From Macrostomum hystrix (Eukaryota > Animalia > Platyhelminthes), in contig CATNEN010000002.1 of assembly GCA_950097015.1 (NCBI GenBank), positions 6,510,001 to 6,574,000 of the forward strand: a stretch of 64,000 bases of DNA. The letters run 5' to 3'. A model generated the notes under the pieces. The model saw only the letters and a program-made list of their open reading frames with translations. It ran no database searches and had not been told where the DNA came from. Of this stretch, positions 58,201 through 64,000 are shown piece after piece. A program made the position numbers and the translations under genes. Position 1 is the stretch's first letter. The number at the start of each line of letters is the position of its first letter.

Positions 58201-59585
58201 GCCCTGCAGATGAAGACCTGCCTGGAGGCACTTAGGAAAACGCAAGGGCGCGCTTGTCGCATGACCATGAGTGCCCCACCGTCTGCTCCTTACGACGGCC
58301 TCAATGCCTTCCTCGACGCTACCCCGCTGGACATTTTTGTCCGCAGGGAAGCCGCCAAAACAGCGCGTCGGCTCATTGACGCCGGCGTCCGCTTCACGCC
58401 GCAAAGAGCAATGGCAAAACGCAAACTTCTGCCTCACACCGATCTGTGCCTTCGTGACTTGAAAGATGGCGGCGGACTCCACGTCTTATCTGACGGCGAA
58501 CCACGCACTCTCAATCTCACCCAGCGCTACAAAATCATCATTCCCTCGAGGGATGACGCTAACGACCACTGGAACCACCAGGAGGTCCACTGCTACACGG
58601 ACGGATCCCTAAAAGACGGCCTTGCCGGCTTTGGGGTCTGCATCCTGATCAACGGCCGCGTCGTCGCCACGCATGCCCAACATACTGGGAGACTCTCCAC
58701 GGTCTTCCAGAATGAGATCCTTGCCATCAGCTCTTGTGCCGCAGAGCTGAATGCCAGGAATACGAGAGGAGAGACCATCATCATCCACTCTGACAGCCAA
58801 GCGGCCTTACAAGCCCTTTGCCGCACCACCACGTGCTCCCGGACAGTCGCTGACTGTGCCCGGCAACTCAACCTCCTGGCCAGTAACAACACGGTCAAGC
58901 TGAGCTGGATCCCAGGGCATGCGGGCTTCCCAGGGAACGAGCTTGCGGATACCCTTGCCAAGCAAGGTGGCTCAGGCTCTCTCCTGGGACCTGCTCCCCT
59001 GGTCCCGATCCCCATCACGGTCATCAATCGCCTTATTGATGACTGGGCTGAATCCCTGCACAGGGACAGATGGGCGGGCACCCAGAACTGTCGGCAATCC
59101 CGTGCCGCAGTTCCGCGCCCGTCTCGCAGGCTCAGGAGCATCCTTTTGAACCAAAACCGGAAGGATATCCGCGCCCTCGCCATGACCCTCACGGGCCACG
59201 GCTACCTCGCTAGGCACTGTTTCCTCCGGGGTGACCTTGAGAGTGAACTCTGCCCATTCTGTGAGTATGACACCGAAGATGCTGAGCACTTTGTCTGTCA
59301 CTGCCCTTTCTTTAACAGAGACCGGCTTCGCTACCTCGGGCCCAACCCGTCCATGGACGAGATCTGCCAGCCCGACAGCATTCCACGGCTCGTCCAGTTC
59401 CTTCGTGCAACAAGACGAGCCACTTTCTTCCCCACGGAAGACAACGCTGCAGGACGGACCGGCGGACCACCCTGACCGGCCCCGCGCCCTTGCCTGTCTG
59501 CGGGCCTACAGGGGTTAGCGGTATGGGCGACCCTCGCCTCCCCGCTGCGTCCATGGACCACCCTGCAGCTAAGTCAAAGTAAGTC
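55253..59585 (+). mobile_element. Non-LTR retrotransposon (I-group, LOA/Lian-like), 5'-truncated in ORF1
   Basis: 12-bp TSD AAGCCCACAGCT (55241-55252, 59586-59597), an (AAGTC)-type 3' tail, and an ORF1 remnant whose TGA overlaps the ORF2 ATG (ATGA). Confidence 0.93.
55771..59475 (+). CDS. LINE ORF2: APE endonuclease, reverse transcriptase, RNase H and CCHC (1234 aa, uninterrupted)
   Basis: APE: QINLQH, QEPW, GDINAHH, SDH. RT: KAPGPDG, RPISL, DIDGAFD, PQGGVLSP, YADD. RNase H: YTDGS, SDSQAA, WIPGH, GNELAD. Zn finger: CPFC..EHFVCHC. Confidence 0.95.
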   Translation: MISSPGISCLQINLQHSVAASANLMRQAELDKPGLILVQEPWTSKGKPQNVPSGYNCFCVSPREANRPPRACIFGAKTLGAWLRPDLSNGDICVIQSEDLLPGRTTLVASVYLPGDVAVVPRTLTTLVELCSARNYELMVAGDINAHHTHWGSTGINQRGEDLLSYVTSTTLEFCNSGSTPTFDNGRWSEVIDATLASPKLFQSIGVWRVLPVPSLSDHKFIHFRVASARSLNHITWRRNARNTDWEAFRHALETTHRSSGQPPTISTCREADECATVLTETLTAAFEAACPLKAYKGKTSAPWWNPQLGDLRRRAKRLHRRANKTRSPADQTAYLEAIHEFKREIRTAKAQKWRQYCEELEGSRPTSRIVKALTLDKMSKLSSVKRTDGTSTDNPGETLEVMLSAFFPNEPTNLTTSDHTEGGQMLAASIITEDRIVKAATSFKPFKAPGPDGIVPAFLREAVKCPGFLRSLCNLYRACITLGYVPQAWTEAKVIFIPKPGRPDYQSIKSFRPISLTTFLVKLMERLVLWRLLSVELKNAPLSDNQHAFRAGRSTESALHVLVDKLEKAVLGTGFALSVFLDIDGAFDNVLFEAFRKALYERHTHSSLTRWIMFMISHRTVTANLLGHQRTVPVRKGSPQGGVLSPILWNMVIDELLRDDRPDPILKVGYADDVTAVASGPSPDTLRDLLQNFIHSAEQWAGRCGLKLSETKTAVIMFTSRNKWQIQPLRLYGKEISFCKQTKCLGITLDHRLNWSPHVQTKTKRALAILAQLRRAVGTTWGLTPKRLWWIYTAMVRPAVSYGSLIWASALQMKTCLEALRKTQGRACRMTMSAPPSAPYDGLNAFLDATPLDIFVRREAAKTARRLIDAGVRFTPQRAMAKRKLLPHTDLCLRDLKDGGGLHVLSDGEPRTLNLTQRYKIIIPSRDDANDHWNHQEVHCYTDGSLKDGLAGFGVCILINGRVVATHAQHTGRLSTVFQNEILAISSCAAELNARNTRGETIIIHSDSQAALQALCRTTTCSRTVADCARQLNLLASNNTVKLSWIPGHAGFPGNELADTLAKQGGSGSLLGPAPLVPIPITVINRLIDDWAESLHRDRWAGTQNCRQSRAAVPRPSRRLRSILLNQNRKDIRALAMTLTGHGYLARHCFLRGDLESELCPFCEYDTEDAEHFVCHCPFFNRDRLRYLGPNPSMDEICQPDSIPRLVQFLRATRRATFFPTEDNAAGRTGGPP

Positions 59586-60307
59586 AAGCCCACAGCTCCG
59601 AGAAACAGGTAGGCGACGACAACGGCTAGCAGGATCAGCAGCGTCTTCCAATGCATCTTCGACGACTCCGCGGCGGCTGATCGCGAATGGGCCTCTAGTA
59701 GAATGGAGACGCGGCGTCCAACGCAGGTGAGAAGCCGGTTGACAGTGGTTCAGTTGTCATGGAAACAATTCTATCTGCAGCATGCACCTTATCCTAATAT
59801 ACATGCATTCTTAAGTGTCTGTGGGCCTGCCAAATGCTGCTCTAGGTGGTGGCAATTCACAAAGCTGGAGTTGAGGAAGGAAACCAGTAGGATTGGGATT
59901 GGGTTTTTGGGGAGTTTGGATGCACCGACCACCTGCCTATTGTTTATTCCTCTGCCTTTAGGCGTCCAACTCCGACTCCTGTTGACTATTTTTCTCCCTG
60001 CTTCTGCATTCTATCTATGTTTTCCTGTCTACTTGTAAAAGTCTGGCTTTGCTGCCGATGCGTTGTCATGGTTACCCAGAAAGATAGAAGCTGCAGGGAG
60101 CAGCGGGATACGGGTGTGGGATGGCGAGGGAGGAGAGACAGAATCTGGGTAAGTTTTTTGCGAAAGGATTCAATACAACACAGGAATATAGGGAAATTTT
60201 TAACTTATTCGGCTCATGATGCTCTGGTCCAAGGGTCGGCAAATTTATTAGCTCGAGGGCCAAAGAGAGAACTTAAAAGACGACAGCGGGCCGCATTGAC
60301 TGTAGAA

Positions 60308-60545
60308 ATATGAGACAGGGGAGAGATGAGACAGGGGAGAGATGAGACAGGGGAGAGATGAGACAGGGGAGAGATGAGACAGAGGAGAGATGAGACAGGG
60401 GAGAGATGAGACAGGGGAGAGATGAGACAGGGGAGAGATGAGACAGGGGAGAGATGAGACAGGGGAGAGATGAGACAGGGGAGAGATGGGACACGGGAGA
60501 GATGGGACACAGGAGAGATGAGACATGGGAGAGACGAGACTAAGG
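60308..60545. repeat. 16-bp purine-rich minisatellite (TGAGACAGGGGAGAGA)
   Basis: Tandem copies. Confidence 0.9.
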
Positions 60546-60611
60546 AGAGATAAGATAGGGGAAGGATGAAGCAGGGTCCCTCAGCTCTGATTCAACATTT
60601 CCTTCAGACAT

Positions 60612-60790
60612 TGTACACACCTGTGTGAGCGTGTGCCTGCGTACGGTATCTGAGTGCGTGTGTGCTCAGGAGTCAGCGAAATGGGCAGAATTGCCTCCTC
60701 GCTGGGGTCTAGTGACCAAAGGATGTGCCATTACAAATAATATTATTCAGCCAGCAATCATTATTATTATTATTATTATTATTATGGTTA
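60612..60790 (+). mobile_element. SINE family A, 5'-truncated copy 6
   Basis: 3' half of the family A body plus an (ATT)n tail. Confidence 0.75.
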
Positions 60791-61739
60791 AACTTGCTTA
60801 CATTTTGAGCGCACATTTTACTGGCTTTGCTTCACCACTAATTTCCCATTCGATATTTTTACAGTCAATGTTAGTGATTTTGTGACTTATTGTTGTGTCG
60901 ACTGTGTCTACTTTCGACACGAAGTGTCGTTGCTGTTTTTCTTAGATTTAGTTCCAGGAAAATGGATTGCCTGTTCTTCTGAAATAGAAGAACGAGCTGC
61001 AAAAGCAGTTTTGGGAAGAAACTGGGACAGGAAAACGTGGAGCCTCGTTATAAAAAATAAAGGTTTAATTTTAGAATCTTTTGCGAGATCTGTGTTTTGC
61101 ACTTGCTTTGATTAAAAGGATCCGCCATTTATTCAAGGTAAGTCACTTGTGCATGACGTGGCTCAGAAGATAATGTATTCATGTATTGTGTATGAACAGA
61201 ACAAGGATATGTAAAAACAACAAGCAAGGTGTAAAACTTCATAATAATGTGTTCACGAGCTATAAACAAGGACTGAATTGAACGACAGCGCAAAATATCT
61301 CTCACATATCAGAATTGAAACCATCATGCCCGCAAAACTCTACTGTAACGAGTAGAGAGACTCGAACTTTAGTGTATATTTGAAATCTATAAAGTAGCAT
61401 TTCCTGGATACCAAGAAGCTAAACAACCGAACAAAGTTATACTCGAGTGCTCAAACGGTTGTTTGCGTGTCACTTTTCAGAGCCTTCTAAATTGTTGTAC
61501 AATTAAGTGCTATTCCTTGACAGTGGAAGGACCACACTATTTACCCACTGGACCACGGGGTAGTTCAAAGCTCCCAAACCGAATGAACAATTTTCGTGAA
61601 ATCATGTATAATAATTTTCAGCCCTTTACGACCTTTCAGAGACGAACGAGTCAGCATCGTTGAGATATTCAGCGAGTCTTGTCGAAGACCCTGGTGACAA
61701 GGAAAGCCAACATTGCTCTGCAAGAACCTCTCGGTTTTT

Positions 61740-61740
61740 C

Positions 61741-61803
<63 letters not shown>

Positions 61804-61837
61804 TAGTAGTAGTAGTAGTAGTAATAGTAGTAGTAGA
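61740..61837. repeat. (TAG)n microsatellite abutting Gypsy gag
   Basis: Directly visible. Confidence 0.95.
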
Positions 61838-64000
61838 TGGCGACGAAGATTTCTCGCAGTGGACTCAGAAACTGGAGCTTGTCACTAAGCTGCAGAAGAT
61901 CACCGACCTGGCTTCCTTTCTGCCACTCTTCCTAACGGGTGGTGCCTTTGCCGTCTACCAAGGCCTAGACGAAGCCAGCAAGACTAACTACAAGACGCTC
62001 AGCGCAGCCTTGGTCTCTGCGTTCAGCCTCACCAAGTTCAAGGCCCTTGAGGCGTTCGTCTCCCGAAGACTGGGTCCTGGGGAGTCAGTGGATGTTTTTC
62101 TGGCCGACCTGACAAGGCTGGCACGCCTGGTCGACGAGATGCCCGGAGACGAATGGATAAAGTGCGCGTTCATTCGCGGTCTACCCGGCGCAGTGAGTCA
62201 GCAGTTAGTCGCATCGTGCTCACTGGAAGAACTGGAGATCTCCGATTGTTGAAATCTCTCAATTGTTGAAAAGGCGCGAATCCTCATGATCGATCGTGAT
62301 TTCTACGTCTACGTCGGAGCCGAGAACGCTAAGGGCGCAGAGAAAGCTGTTCGACGCAACACGGTCACCTGCTACTCGTGCGGCAAGGAGGTTCATCTCA
62401 GCTGGGAATGCCAGAGTCGCGGGAACCGTACTAGACAGAGCTGCTACGTCTGTGGAAACACCGGCTACGTGTGCTCTCATTGCCCCCAGCGTGTAAATAC
62501 ACCAAACGAGTAAGGGAAGCCCAAAATTTCTGCGCAAACCGGCTTCCCACTGGATCTGCGCGCCTACCGTCGTTGATTGTTAATGTTAACGGTTCTACTG
62601 TTGTGGCCCTGGTCGATACTGGTTGCTCCAGGTCTATTGTGTCGCCAAGGACCTACGGACTATGGAAGACGCGCACCACAGAGAAAGTCACCATGATGAA
62701 TGGAGATGCAGCAGAGTGCGGATGGAAGGCAGATGTACTGTTGACTGTGCGCAGCAGCCGGGTATCGCTAAGTTGTCTCGTTCTTGAAATTCTACCCGGT
62801 TTCGACTTGCTTCTTGGTGTGGACGCCATCAGGCGATTGGGTGGCGTCAATGTTAGCAGCGCCGGCCGCACCGTTTCCTTTGGTGCATTGAGAGACCCAT
62901 CCGGTGTGGAACCGGGGCCCAAAGCAGTCCCGGCGAGAGACTCGGCCTCAGTGGCGAGTGGTCCGGCGAGAGACTCGTCACCGGCGGCGAGTGGCCCGGC
63001 GAGAGACTCGTCACCGGCGGCGAGTGGCCCGGCGAGAGACTCGTCACCGGCGGCGAGTGGCCCGGCGAGAGACTCGTCACCGGCGGCGAGTGGCCCGGCG
63101 AGAGACTCGTCACCGGCGGCGAGTGGCCCGGCGAGAGACTCGGCCTCAGCGGCGGGTGGCTCAAACAGTGATTCAGCATTGCAAGAGCGCCATCCGGGGT
63201 TCGAGCGGACCGAAGACTCGGTACTCAAACCATGTGCGCTGCTAAGTGAAGCCAAGTGGGCTTCTAGTCCATCAGGCGATAACCGCGAGCTGATCGAGGA
63301 CGTGGACTTCTCTGCTTGGTTCGCAGACGGTAAATGGACGGTTGCATGGAAGTGGCTCGGAGAAGCTCCAAGCTTATCTAACAGAATAGCGCAGTACAGA
63401 GTGCCGCCGGAAGCAACGGAAGATTACGAGGCCGAGATCAGGGAGTGGGTGCGTCTGGCTGGCTCGTACCGTTCGACGGCGAGTGCAACGGTATAATCCC
63501 ACTGATGGCGGTTGTGCAAGTCAACAAAGCGAAGTTGAGACCTGTAATGGACTATCGTGAGTTGAATCAGCACGTATCTAGCCACACTGCCGATAGCGTC
63601 GTCTGCGGAGCAAAAATTCGCGAATGGAGGCGACTGGGCGAGAATGCCAGCGTCATTGACCTGCGAAAGGCCTATCTGCAGTTGAGAGTTGAGCCCTCGC
63701 TCTGGCGTTACCAGGTGGTGGAGTTCAAAGGCCGCCGCTACTGCCTAACGAGACTCGGCTTTGGCCTGAACGTGGCTCCAAGAATCATGACCGCGGAAGT
63801 CAACAGAGTGCTCTCTATGGAGGAGGACGTGCGCGCTGGCACCGACTCGTACATAGACGACATTATCGTGGCCAATGACAGTGTCCCGAACGAACGCTTT
63901 CTGAATCTCCTATCACGCTTTGGGCTCGACGCGAAACCGCCCGAAAGTCTCATCGGAGGCCGGGTACTGGGTCTGCGCATCTTCTGCCGCGAAGACGGGG
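61835..64000 (+). mobile_element. Degenerate Ty3/Gypsy gag-pro-RT, running off the window
   Basis: Gag KLELV..PLFLTGGAFAVYQGL with a stop at 62252 and two CCHC-like knuckles. Protease ALVDTGCS. A 33-bp repeat (x7) in the linker and a frameshift near 63450. RT RPVMDYRELN, DLRKAYLQL, RLGFGLNVAP, YIDDI. Confidence 0.9.

Larger units (their letters stand above)
51771..59656 (-). pseudogene. Two-pore-domain K+ channel (K2P/KCNK), disrupted allele: exon 1 = 59656-59598 + 55252-55170 (split by the LINE), exon 2 = 53900-53397, exon 3 = 52006-51771; 293 aa when repaired
   Basis: MHWKTLLILLAVVVAYLFLG|AVGFHYIERP... Pore motifs TTIGYG and STIGFG, and M4 WIYLGLVF. Removing 55253-59597 restores an in-phase 882-nt CDS. 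Confidence 0.9.

Noticed and set aside
60214-60526. Three minus-strand repeat ORFs
   Set aside because: Translations of a 16-bp minisatellite.

Overview
Eukaryotic (animal) genomic DNA with GC-rich spliced exons, AT-rich introns and many intronic minisatellites. The style suggests a free-living flatworm such as Macrostomum, but that is inference only. Host genes I could reconstruct exon by exon, with consistent phases: a CYP2-clan P450 (2 exons), Ssdp/SSBP (4 exons), an endosomal Na+/H+ exchanger of the NHE6/7/9 type (9 exons over 24 kb), a CYB561D-like gene, RRP15, an orphan 119-aa membrane protein, and a minus-strand K2P channel. The K2P first coding exon is split by a LINE with an intact ORF2 and a 12-bp target-site duplication (TSD). 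A small secreted 6-Cys protein gene sits antisense in NHE intron 1. The most unusual feature is a young 7.2-kb LTR element (25124-32345) in NHE intron 4, with 1034-bp LTRs that look identical by eye and a 4-bp TSD. It has no protease, RT, RNase H or integrase core. It carries a Gag fused to a glycoprotein-like fragment and an integrase GPY/F tail, followed by two paralogous double-RING-finger ORFs. Other mobile DNA includes three stacked IS630/Tc1-like (DD33E) elements, a hAT derivative, two MITEs, two tRNA-derived SINE families and a decayed Gypsy at the right edge. No rRNA, true tRNA or CRISPR array was found.
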